Below, piece by piece: positions 35,786 to 48,431 of a stretch of DNA of 64,000 nucleotides. Each line of letters opens with the position of its first letter. Position 1 is the first letter of the stretch. The translations under genes and the position numbers were made by a program. Under the pieces are notes generated by a model. It searched no databases, was not told where the DNA came from, and worked only from the letters and a program-made list of their open reading frames with translations. Source of the DNA: the human T2T-CHM13v2.0 reference genome, Homo sapiens; NCBI RefSeq assembly GCF_009914755.1, contig NC_060925.1; one strand, 5' to 3'.

Positions 35786-36538
35786 ATGAAACGCTACTCA
35801 GCCATAAAAAGGATTCTGCAGCAATGTGGATTAACAGAGTATGATTCCTTTTATAGAAAGTTCTAGAATAGGTCAAACTAATCTGTGGCAGGGGAAAAAA
35901 TCAGAAGTCTGGTTGCTGGGGGTGGAGGAATGGAAATTGAACTGGGAAGAAGCACAACAGAACTTTCTGGAATCATAGTAATAGTTTATGTCCTGATAGG
36001 AGTTTGGGTTACACAAGTATATTAATTTGTCAAAACTCATAGACTAGTATACTTGAGATCTGGGCATTGAATTGTGTGTACATTTTAACCTCAAAAGAAA
36101 AAAGAACTTTAAACAAACATTGAATTATGGTTAATAATAGGCGCACTAAACTTTTTTAGAGATAAAGTATACTGTTGTCTTCAATTCACTTTGAAATGCA
36201 TCAAAAAAATAAGATGAATTGAGGGATGAATGAAGAGAAGGACAGATGGTTGGAAAATAATAAAAACAAGGATAGTAAAATGTTAATTATAGCAACTAGG
36301 TACTGAGTATAGGGGTATTCACTGTACAATTTTTTCAACTCATCTGTATGTTTGAAATTTTTCATAATAAAATGTTAGGGGGAAGAGCCTGCTTCATTCT
36401 TAACAGTAAAATACTAGAAGCATTTCCATTAAAATCGAAATAAGTCAGAGATACCTACCATCACCAATATCATTTAATGTCATTCTGAAAATACCAGCAA
36501 GATTTCAAACTCAAATGCCTTTAGGGACTATGCAGTAA

Positions 36539-36541
<3 letters not shown>

Positions 36542-36570
<29 letters not shown>
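36542..36570. repeat. Poly(A) tract (about 29 nt)
   Basis: Direct read; no Alu body upstream. Confidence 0.9.
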
Positions 36571-36575
<5 letters not shown>

Positions 36576-37124
36576 GAAATTTGGGTTTTAAAAAATAAGG
36601 ACTGGTTAAACTCTACAGTCTAGAGCTCATGAGCTCCAGTGTATTCTCTCCTGCAGGAATACTACTCCAGCATTGTCAAATCAGCTAAAATTGCAAGATA
36701 CGCTAGGATTTCAGCTTTAGTATATGTGTTAAAACTCAATTCTTTTCTTTCCTACTTTTCTGCTGAAATCAATTTTTTAAAAAAGATTTTTAATTGTTTT
36801 GAAAATACTGAAAATACACCTGGCCCAAGAGCAATTCATTTTCAGTCTCCATACTAGCAAATAGATAAGAAGAACAAGGAAAAAAAGAAAGGTTAAACTC
36901 AAGATAATCAACTGAAATTCTATTAGAAAATCTAACCGTTTCAGTAAGATGACTGATTATACATTTAATATATAAAAATTAATAGGTTTCTTATATATAA
37001 ATTATAAGCCATTAGAAAATGTATAGGCAGTTTTTAAATCCCATTTATAATAGCATAAAAAAGAAAAAACCTATTAAGGATGTGCAGGAACCATATGAGT
37101 ACAACTTTTAAATGTTACTGAGGG

Positions 37125-37510
37125 TGTATCAGGCAGTATAGGCTAAATGATGTTGCAGAAATAACTAGCACCAAAATCTCAGTGGCTTAATGCAATAAAT
37201 GATTATTTATTCTCACCTGAAGTCAACTGTATATCTGGATCATTCCTCAGGGCAGCCAGCCTCAGCATGTGTCTCAGCAATAGTCTTGTCTTGCTTTGAC
37301 TTTGTGCTTCCATGATTACCACAATATGGCAAGAAAACGTAAAGAATAACCCTTGGGCTTGTCATTGCTTCTATCACAAAGTGTCACGTGTCACTTTTGC
37401 CCACATTTTACTGGCCAGAACTAGTTATGCGGACCTGCCTAACTGCAAAAAACTGCAAAATGTAGGGGAACAAATAAAATATTTGGTGAGCATTTACTGC
37501 CTCTGTCTCA
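37125..37510 (-). mobile_element. Old MLT1 (I/J-like) LTR
   Basis: ccaaaatctcagtggcttaat...cacattttactggccagaactagttat. Confidence 0.65.
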
Positions 37511-37555
37511 GAGGCAATCAAAGTCATGTTGTAATCTTGATTAAGACTCAATAAA

Positions 37556-37890
<335 letters not shown>

Positions 37891-38384
37891 CTATAAATTT
37901 AATGTGATCCCAATAAAGTACCAATAGAATATTCCTTGGAACAAAATGAGTAAATCTTAAGTTCACATGCAAAAATAAACATAAGTATAGCCAGAAACAT
38001 TCTGGAAAAGAGAAGAGTTGGGCATAGAGACTAGCCCTACCACCTTTTAAAACACATTACAAAGCATCAATAATTAAAACAATTTGGTCCTGAAACATGA
38101 AATGACAGACCAATCAAGGGAAAAAATAGAAGGTCTAGAAAGAGATACAAACATGTATACAAATTTGGTATAAAATAGAAACGGCATTTCAAAACAGAGG
38201 AAATTTTATTATTTAATAAACATGTTGGGACAATTGGCTTAGTCATTTTGGTGGGGGGAGCTAAACTCCTACCTCACTTATTATACTAAAATATATTCTG
38301 GATAGATAAAAGATATAAGCATTGAAAAATACAATTATAAAAATACAAAAGAAAACATGAAAAATATTTTTTGAAATTTTGAAA

Positions 38385-38430
38385 TTTTTTTTTCATATCA
38401 GACAGGTCATGTGCTGACACCAAAACAAGG
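38385..38430 (-). pseudogene. 5'-truncated U13 (SNORD13) snoRNA retrocopy
   Basis: Poly-T then tcagacaggtcatgtgctgacaccaaaacaagg, matching the reverse complement of the recalled U13 3' end including box D CTGA. Confidence 0.6.
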
Positions 38431-38715
38431 CTTTTGAAGGTCTTTCTAAGTAAGACATATATCCCAGGAATTATGTTTAAACTAACAAATCTCATTACAC
38501 AAAAAATTAGAGATATCTGCCAGACAAAACAAAAACAAAATCAAGACGACTGCAAACTAGGAAAAGACCAGCATCCATAATGTTATGTAAGAAGTTTCCA
38601 AAATCAAGAAAAAGTCCAACAACCCAGTAGAAAAAATGGTAAGAGACAAAAAAGAAAAAACAAGTGACTTTTAAACATTCAAAAAAGTGTTCATCAGCAG
38701 TTATAATTAAAATAA

Positions 38716-39169
<454 letters not shown>

Positions 39170-39806
39170 TGCTGCAGCTTCTTTGAAGGACAAATTGGCA
39201 GTAAGTTTCACCTTTTCCAACTTACGTGTCCTTCAACACAGCAATTTTACTGATAAGAATATTTCCTACAGATATGATCACATACATGTGCAAAAAGTAT
39301 GTACAAGGATGTTTGATGCAGCTTTTTTATGTGATCACCAGAAAAATGAAAAGAAGGAAAACCTGAAAAACCTAAACATTCATCAATAAGATAATTAAAT
39401 ACATAAGAGGTATAATGAATATTGTATAAAAGACCCTGGCAAGACACACATATAAAAGCAAATGCATGAGGAACCCCCGACAGGGAAGCCAGCGGTGGAA
39501 GCAAGACTTCTCAATGCATTCATGTTTCTACTACTTTGATCTTTGAATTTTTGAATGTACATGCATATCTCAGAGATATTGCAGGTTTGGTTCCAGACCA
39601 CCACAATAAAGCAAATATTACAATAAAGCAAATACTGCAATAAAACAAGTTGCACCAATTTTTTGGTTTCTCGGTGCATATCAAAGCTATGTTTACACTA
39701 TCCTGTAGTCTATTAAGTGCAATAGGATTATGTCTATAAAACCAATGTCTAAACCTTAATTTTAAAATGGTTTGTTGCTAAAAAATGCTCGTGATCACCT
39801 GAGCCT

Positions 39807-41600
39807 TCAGCGAGTCGTCATCTTTTTGCTGGTGGAGGGTCTTGCCTCCATGCTGATGGCTGCTGACTGATTAGGGTGGTGGTTGCTGAAGGTTGGGTAG
39901 CTTTGGTAGTTTCTTAAAATAAGACAACAATGAAGTTTGCTGCATCTATTGACTCTTCCTTTCATGAAAGACTTCACTGTAGCATGTGATGCCATTTGAT
40001 AGCATTTTGCCTACAGACGAACTTCTTTCAAAATTGGACTTAGTCCTCTCAAACCCTGCTGCTGCTTTATCAACTAAGTTTATCTGATATTCTAAATCTT
40101 TTGTCATCATTTCAACAATGTTCACAGCAACTTCACCAGCAGTAAATTCCATCTCAAGAAACCAAGAAATTATAAATGCTTGAGGTGATAGATACATTTA
40201 CCCTTATGTGATTATTACACATTGTATACCTGTATCAAAATATCTCATATACCTCATAAATATATATACCTACTATGTATCCACAGCAGTTAAAAATAAA
40301 ATTTTTAGAAAAGAAACCACTTTATTTGTTCATCCATAAGAAGCAACTCTCCATTCATTAAAATTTTATCGTGAAATTGCAACAATGCAGCTACATCTTC
40401 AGGCTCTGTTTCTAATTCTAGTTCTCCTGCTGTTTCCACCACACCTGCAGTTACTTCCTCCACTGAAGTCTTGAAATCCTCAAAGTCATCCATGAGTGTT
40501 GGAATCAACTTCTTCCAAACTCACATTGATGTTAATATTTTGATCTCCTCCCATGAGTCACACACAAATGTTCTTAACAGCATCTAGAATGGTGAATCCT
40601 TTCCAGAAGGTTTTCAATTTACTTTGCCCAAATATACTGGGGAAATCACTATCTATGGCAGCATTCATCTCCTTGTATATTTCCATCAGAGCTCTTGAGT
40701 ATCTAGGTGCATTGCTGGTTGGCATAATAATTTGAAAGGAATCTTTTTCTGAGCAGTAGGTCTCAATGATGGGCTTAAAATAGTCAGTAAACCACATGCT
40801 ATAAACAGATGTGCTGTCATAAATAGAAAACATTTGTTTTGCTATTTCTAGAGCACAGGCAGAGTACATTTAGTAACTTTTAAGGGTCTTTGGATCTTTG
40901 GAAAGGTAAATGAGCATTGGCTTCCACTTAAAGTCGCCAACTGCATTAGCCCCTTGTAACAAGACAGTCTGTACTCGGAAGCTTTGATCCCACGCATTGA
41001 CTTCTCTCTAGTTTTGAAAGTCCTATATGACAGCCTCTTCCAATAGAATGCTGTTTTGTCTACATTGAAAATCTGTTGCTTAGCATAGCTATCTTCATCA
41101 ATTATCTTAGCTGCATCTTCTGGATAACTTACTGCAGCTTCTAACATCAGCACTTGCTTCACCTTGCACTTTAACGTTATGGAGAGAACTCCTTCCCTTA
41201 AACCTCATGAACCAACTTCTGCTAGCTTCTAACTTTTTTTCTGCAGCTTCCTCACCTCTCTCAGCCTTCACTGAATTGAAGAGGATTAGGGCCTTGCTCT
41301 GGATTAGGCTTTGGCTTAAGAAAATGTTGTGGCTGGTTTGATCTTCTACCCAAACCACGCCAACTTTCTGTGTGTCAGCAATAAGGCTGATTTATCATTC
41401 ATGGAGTAGCACTTTTAATTTCCTCCAAGAACTTTTCCTTTGCACTTGCAACTTTGTCAACTGTTTAGACAAGAGGCCTAGCTTTTGACCTGTTTTGCCC
41501 TTTGACCTGCCTTCCTCACTAAGCTTAATCATTTCTAGCTTTTAATTTAAAGTGAGAAATGTGAGACTCTTCCTTTCACTTGAACATTTACAGGCCATTG
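39807..41600 (-). pseudogene. Fragmented Tigger1 transposase (CENP-B-type HTH and DDE domain)
   Basis: ORF pieces [23 protein letters not shown]...[26 protein letters not shown] and [18 protein letters not shown]; multiple stops and frameshifts. Confidence 0.9.
40165..40310 (+). mobile_element. Extreme 3' end of an L1MA1-3-like element inserted in Tigger1
   Basis: taaatgcttgaggtgatagatac...cctactatgtatccaca; TSD aagaaacca (40156-40164 and 40311-40319). Confidence 0.85.
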
Positions 41601-42000
41601 TAGGGTTATTAATTGGCCTAATTTCTATATTTTCATATCTCAGGGGGTAAGAAGGCCCAAGGAGAGAGAGAGAGAGAGACCAGGGGATAGCTGGTTGGTG
41701 GAGGAATCAGAACACACACATTATTGGATTAGGTTCACAGTTCATAGTACCCCAAAACAATTATAATAGTAACATCAAAGATCACTGGTTACAGATTGCC
41801 ATAACAGATATAATAATCATGAAAATTTTGAAACGTTGTAAGAATTACCAAAATGTGACACAGAGACACAAAGTGAGCACATGTTGGAAAAATGGTGCTG
41901 ATAGACTTGCTCAACACAGGGTTGCCACAAACCTTCAATTTGTTAAAAAAAAAAAAAATGCATTTTCTGTGAAAGTGCAATAAAGCAAAGTGCAATAAAA

Positions 42001-43814
42001 GCTGGGGCAGGAGCTCCCCAGGTGCAGCTACAGCCATGCAAGCCACAGCTGCAGAACCCAGGCATCCCTGTGTTCTCAGGGCTTGGGAACAGGCGGGATC
42101 CCTGCCCTCCTGGGCACAGCTGCAGCTGCCCAAGTAGTGGCTATGGACCCAGGCCTCCCTGTGCTCTTGTTGGGGCTGGGAGCAAGCAGGAGCCCCACCT
42201 TCCCAAGCGCAGCTGTAGCTGCCCAAATGGAGACTGCAGACCCCGGCGTCTCTGCACTCTTAGGAGCCCAGGAAGGACCCCTCTGCTCTCACAGGCTTGG
42301 AAGTGCCTGTTCCCACTGCTTGGCTTCTCCCTGCTGTCAGTGCCCGCCCCAATCTCTGAGCAAAGTCGGGGTCGAGCTAGGGCGCTGTCGCAGCCTGGCC
42401 AGGTGTGCACACATTCAGGGCAATGCTGACATGCCAGCCCCCCTGCCGCCTCAGCCCGCTCCAGTCTGGGTATTGATGAGCACAGGAAGGAAGCCAAGGG
42501 GGTCCTGAGGGCAGCTTGATGCTGGCCTGTAGGTGACCCTTGGCACCTATAGTCTGGATGCCATGAATGGCAGAGAGGCAGATAGGTTCCTGGGTGGAAG
42601 GGGTGGATCCCCAGTGAGGCCCCACCTTCAGGCCAGGGAAGGCCTGAAGGCTGGGAGCTGGGCTACCAGTCCCTGGGACCAGGGAAACAGACTGGAAACT
42701 TGCGGTGCCTTTTCTGGGCCTGCCCATGGTGACCCATGGACCAATCGGCATGCATTTCCTTCCCTCTGAGGCCCATCGAAGCCCTAGGCTCAGCCAGAGC
42801 TGAGCAGACTTCCTGACCACCAGCTGCAGAGAGGAGCTACCCATTCCACAGCCTCCTCTCTGCTGACAGCTGGGCAGACATCGGGACTACCAGTTGCAGA
42901 GAGGAGCAACCCACACCAGGGCCTCCTCTCTGCTGGGAGCTGGGGAGACAATGGGAGTATCTGCCTACAGAGAGGAGCAACCCACTCTAGGGCCCCCTTT
43001 CTGCTGAGAGCTGCAGAGATGACAGGACGACCTGCCTGCAGAGAGGAGCTTCCCACTCTAGGGTCTCCTCTCTGATAGGAGCTAAATACTCGTTGGGACA
43101 CCCTGGCTGTGGAAAAGAGCTACCCACTGAGGGTCTCCTCTGAGCTGTTCTATCACTCAATAAAGCTCCTCTTCATCTTACTCACTCTCTACTTGCCTGC
43201 ATACCTCATTCTTCCTGGTCACAGGACAAGAACTCGGGACCCATCGAATGGCAAGGCTAAAAGAGCTGTAACACCAACAGGGCTGAAACACGCCCCTTGC
43301 TCACCACATTGCGGACAAAGAGAAGTACAGAGGAGCTGTGGCCCTTTGGGGAGCCCAGACCTGGGAGCTCCCTAAGCCAGGGCTGTGACTCCCTCTTTGG
43401 AGACCGGTGGTTCCTGGCATCTCCAAGCTTCCAGGTACCACCGCCTTCCCTGGTGCCAGCCATGGAAGCTGCTTGCAGTGTGCCTCGTCCAGCCATAGCC
43501 TCACAGAGAGCTGGTGCCCATGCTGGCACCTGGAGCTGCCCACCCCACTGCAGCAGCTGGCATGCCTGACTGCACAGTGGCCAGACCCCATGCTCACTCA
43601 CAAACCCCTCACCACTCCACACTGACCCACCCTTGGCAAGTGTGGGATCCAGGCCAGTAGCATGAGGTGGCAGGCAGATCACCTGAGGTCAGTGCAGCCT
43701 GCCAGGCCAAGTGGGCAGAAAGAGCCCAGTGGGCCTGAGCAAAACTCAGGCAAAGGTGCCACCAGCCACAGAGGTTTCCAGCCAGAAAAGTGACACCCCA
43801 AGGATCCTGTAACA
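42001..43814 (+). mobile_element. MER52-like ERV1 solo LTR, 5' end missing
   Basis: GC-rich body, internal gcagagaggagc(t/a)acccact repeats, AATAAA near 43159, and 3' end gacaccccaaggatcctgtaaca. Confidence 0.85.
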
Positions 43815-44507
43815 GTATGCCCGTATGACCTATCCCAAAACCAAAACTGAACTTAAAAATAAGAAGAAAAAGAATGGGATTGAGCTATATGTGCTGAGAG
43901 AATGATCTTTAGATACATTGTTAATTGGAAAAAGCAAGGTGTGAATGCTACCACTTATATGGAAAAGCATGTGCATTGAAAATATCTCAACAGATCCATA
44001 AGAAACTGATCATGAGGGTTTCCTCTGGAAAGGAAACTGGAAATCCAGAATGAAATAATTATTTCTCATTTTATACCCCTTAATACTTGTTTTCTACCAA
44101 GTAAATACAGTACAATTTCAATTATTTAATCCCTAGATCAATATCATTGGGCTAGAATCAGCAGGATGAAATCAGCAGACTCCCACGGAATCCCATAGAA
44201 ACACAGTTGTGGGGCTCCTCTGAGGGATAGAGCTTGCAGGGTGGGGATAAGGAGCTTGCAGGGTAGGGAAAGTGCCTGCCTGCTAATATTCAGTGAACTG
44301 CATGACACATTTAGCTGGGCACTGAGCTTTGAGAAAAGAGCAAGATTCAAAGTCCACCTGGTTCTTAAATCCCACCTTTACAGTTTACTAGCTATGTGAC
44401 CTCAGACAAGTTCCTTCACCTCTCTGTGCCTGTTTTTCCATTCCTTAAAAGGGGAATTATTACACTTGCCTTCTGGAACTGTGATGATGATTAAATGACA
44501 TGATACA

Positions 44508-44797
44508 GGCCGGGCGCGGTGGCTCATGGCTGTAATCCCAACACTTTGGGAGGCCCAGGCGGACAGATCACCTGAGGTCAGGAGTTCGACGCCTGACTGG
44601 CCAACATGGCGAAACCCCATCTCTACTAAAAATACAAAAATTAGTCGGGCGCGCGCCTGTAGTCCCAGCTACTTGGGAGGCTGACAAGAGAATTGCTTGA
44701 ACTCGGGAGGCGGAGCTTGCAGTGAGCCGGAATCACGCCACTGCACTCCAGCCTGGGCGACAGAGAAAGACTCTGTCAAAAAAAAAAAAAAAAAAAA
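44508..44797 (+). mobile_element. AluS inside a MIR
   Basis: Alu dimer; TSD gacatgataca. Confidence 0.93.
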
Positions 44798-45254
44798 GAC
44801 ATGATACAGGTAAGGTGCTTAAAGTCCTAGCATGCAGCAAGTGTTCAATTCGTAGTCGCTGGAAAAAGGAAAAAGGTTAAAGTCATCACTGTCCCCTAGT
44901 ACTCTCAAATATGGCTTTTGGAAAGAATTGGGTAGGTCTATGCCTGCTAACGTGGAAAGATCTCCAGGCATTCTTACATGAAAAAAGCGAGTAAGAGGCC
45001 ACAATGTATACCAGAATTCCATTTAGGAGTGAAAAACAAAAACAAAACTGTATTGTTTCGATTTTGAATTTTTTAAAAAATCAAATCGCTATCAGTAGGT
45101 AAAAGTCTGGAAGGCTACATACCAATCTGTAAACAGTGGTTTCCTCTAGAGAGATTTGGAGAAGGAAGGGTGGTGGTATTGTTTGAACTTTTTCCGACTA
45201 GCATTGATCGCTTTTTGATCTTAAAAGAAATACTTTTTAATTCGAAAGTTAATA

Positions 45255-45960
45255 GAAATGCGGAGTCAGGGGCAGGCCTCGGCGGCGTCCGGGCTGGGGG
45301 CGAGGCGCCCACGCCCCACCCTCCCGCTGTGGCCGCTGGCGCCGGCCCGAGCGCGCGCAGCCCGGTGCGCTCCGGCGCCCGCTGAGCCCGCGAACCTCTC
45401 CGCCGCGCCATCAGCGCAGCCATCAGCCGCGCCGCGTGCTGTCCCGCGCCCCGCTGCTCGCGGCCGCGGGCCACCGGCGGTAATAATGAGGCACAGCGCC
45501 ATGACCGCGGCCCTCGGCTGCGCCGCCGGCAGCAGCGCGGGCGCCGCATTAGCATCTCCGAAGCCTTCCTGTGTGTTCTTTTGTGCTCATTTTCCAGCCC
45601 GAATGCTCGGCACATCCCGGACCGCGGACGGAGCCGCAGGAGCCACCGCGGCCGAACGTAGCTGCCCTGGTTTTAGAAAGAGCTGCGGGCTGCGGGCCCG
45701 GCTGTCCCCGAGACCTCTGCCTCCCGCACGGCCCAGCCAGATCTCTCGGGGGTTGTTGGGGTGGGGTGGGGCGGGGTGGGGTGGGGGGCGACGGAGGGGC
45801 GGGGAGGGCATGCCAGGAAGAAAGAAGAGCCTGGGAAGGGAAGGCGACAGGGCAGGCTTCGCCCCAAATTTTGCACAGAGCAGGATCTTCTAGAACCCAG
45901 AGAGGCCCCTTCCGTCCCTGCAACTCTGGCCCGAGCGCACAGGCCCTCCGCGGAGCCAGA
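45255..45960. promoter_or_regulatory. CpG island with no associated coding exon
   Basis: Very high GC and CpG density over about 700 bp of non-repeat sequence. Confidence 0.85.
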
Positions 45961-46544
45961 AAGAGGTGGCCTTGAATGCTGGCTCTGCCACGGAATGATG
46001 TGAGGCCCTATCTACAACCTCATCTATGTGTGCCTCAGTTTCCCCGCCTTTATAAATGAGGCTGAGGCTACATATCTCAGGAGTAAACGCTTGTAAAGCA
46101 CATATCTTAGTGCTTGACACATTATCTAATTTATTCTTCACCAACCCTGAGAGGTGGGTATTAATACTGTCAAAGTAAATGGTGTTCAGGGGGTGAAGTG
46201 ACTTGGCAGAGACCTTGACAGCCAGGAAGCTATTGCACTGCTGGAGGGAGCAGCCAAGAGCAGCGGTCTTCATCTCTACCGTAGACTAAGGAATGCACTT
46301 TGTATATGAGTACAGTTTCCTGGCCCTGGAAGGATCTCAGGGACAAATGGATTCAAAGGAGGAGGCTGGAGAAGACGCCTGTACCTGGGGAGGCACCTGT
46401 TAAGGAGCTTAGAAGCCCTGAGGTTCCCATGTGTGTGCACAAACTTGCTTCCCCAGCATCAGCCAAAGGGAGCCGCTGCCTCTTTCCGCCCCACAAACTC
46501 CTCCACAAACCCTCACACCCGTCATTCATGCGCCAAGCACCTGC

Positions 46545-47880
46545 AAAAACCTACTGCAAAGCTGCAATGGTCAGACAGTGTGGCACTAGCATAAGGACAG
46601 ACACATAGATCAGTGGAAGAGATTTGAGAGTCCAGAAGTAAATCCTTAACGTGTATGGTCAATTAATTTTGACAAAGTTGCCAAAATAATTCAATGGGGA
46701 AAGACTACTCTTTTAAACAAACGGTGCTGCGACAACAGGACAGCCACATCATCCTATACAACAATTAACTCAAAATGGATCAAGGACCTAAATGTAAGAG
46801 CTAGAACTATAGATCTCTTGGAAAAAAACACGAGAGTAAATCTTTGTGACCTTTGGTTAGGCAGTGGTTTCTTAGATGTGACAGCAAAAGCACACGCACA
46901 CACAAAAAGAAGACAAGAAAAACTACATCAAAATTTAAAATTTGTGTGCTGCAAAAAAGTTTAAGTGAAAAGATCACCTCCAAAATGGTGAAAAAAAAAA
47001 CTTGCAAATCATATATCTAGTAAGAGGCTTATATCCAGAATATATAAAGAATTCTTACAACTCAATAATAAGACAAATAACTAAATTTTTACATGGGGAA
47101 AATTTTAAATAGATATTTCTCTGAAAGATACCATAAATGGCCCATAAACACATGAAAAGATGCTCAACATCATTAACCGTCAGGGAAATGCAAATCAAAA
47201 CCACTTTGTAATCATTAGGAGGGCTACAACCAAAGAGACAGGATGTGGAAAAACTGGAGCCCTTGTACATTGCTGGTGGGGATGCAAAATGATGCAGCCA
47301 TTGGGAAACAGGTTGGCAGTTCCTTAGAAAGTTAAACAGTGTTATCATCTGACCCAGCAATTCCACTCCCAGGTGTGGAATGAAAACATATTCACGCAAA
47401 AACTTGTACATGAGTTTCATAGCAGCATTATTCATAATAGCCAAAATGTAGAAACCCAAATGTCCATCAGTGATGAATGGATAAGTAAAATATGGAATAT
47501 ACAATGGAATATTACTCAGCCATAAAGAGGAATGAAGTACTGATACATGCTACAACATGATGAACCTTGAAAACATTACACTAAATGAAAGAAGCCAGTC
47601 ATAAAAGGCCACAAATTATACAACTCTATTTATATAAAATGTCCAGAATAGGCAAATCCATAGAGATGAAAAGTAGATGTGTGGTTGTCAGGGGCTGAGG
47701 GGAATGGGGAGGTACTGCTCACAGATACACAGCTTTGTTTGGAGATGATGAAATTGTTCTGAAATTAGGTAGTGGTAATAGTTGTACAACTTTGTAAGTA
47801 TACTAAAAACCATTGATTGCATTGTGCACTGTTAACAGGTGAATTGTATGGTATGTAAATTATATGTATATAAAATTTTC
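46545..47880 (+). mobile_element. L1MB-class 3' fragment
   Basis: Decayed ORF2 end and 3' UTR: gaaccttgaaaacattacactaaatgaaagaagccagtca, gtccagaataggcaaatccatagaga. Confidence 0.85.
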
Positions 47881-47939
47881 TAAAAAAAGAGAATGAGATC
47901 ATGCATTACTTGTGCAAGTGAAAATTATTTTAAAAGTTA

Positions 47940-48431
<492 letters not shown>

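Larger units (their letters stand above)
39560..43823 (-). mobile_element. Tigger1 (pogo-like) DNA transposon, decayed, with nested L1MA tail and MER52
   Basis: TIR-like ends catgcatatctc (39560) and gtatgcccg (43815-43823), TA on both sides, and transposase peptides on the minus strand. Confidence 0.92.

Noticed and set aside
42820-43140. Periodic gcagagaggagc(t/a)acccact units resembling a repeat-spacer array
   Set aside because: These are degenerate internal repeats of the MER52-like LTR. The intervening sequences are similar to each other, and no cas genes are present in this primate DNA.
45258-45893. 211-aa plus-strand ORF and overlapping ORFs in the CpG island
   Set aside because: Ala/Arg/Pro/Gly-rich with long ORFs in several frames on both strands, which is the expected result of stop-codon scarcity in GC-rich DNA. 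No recognisable domain.
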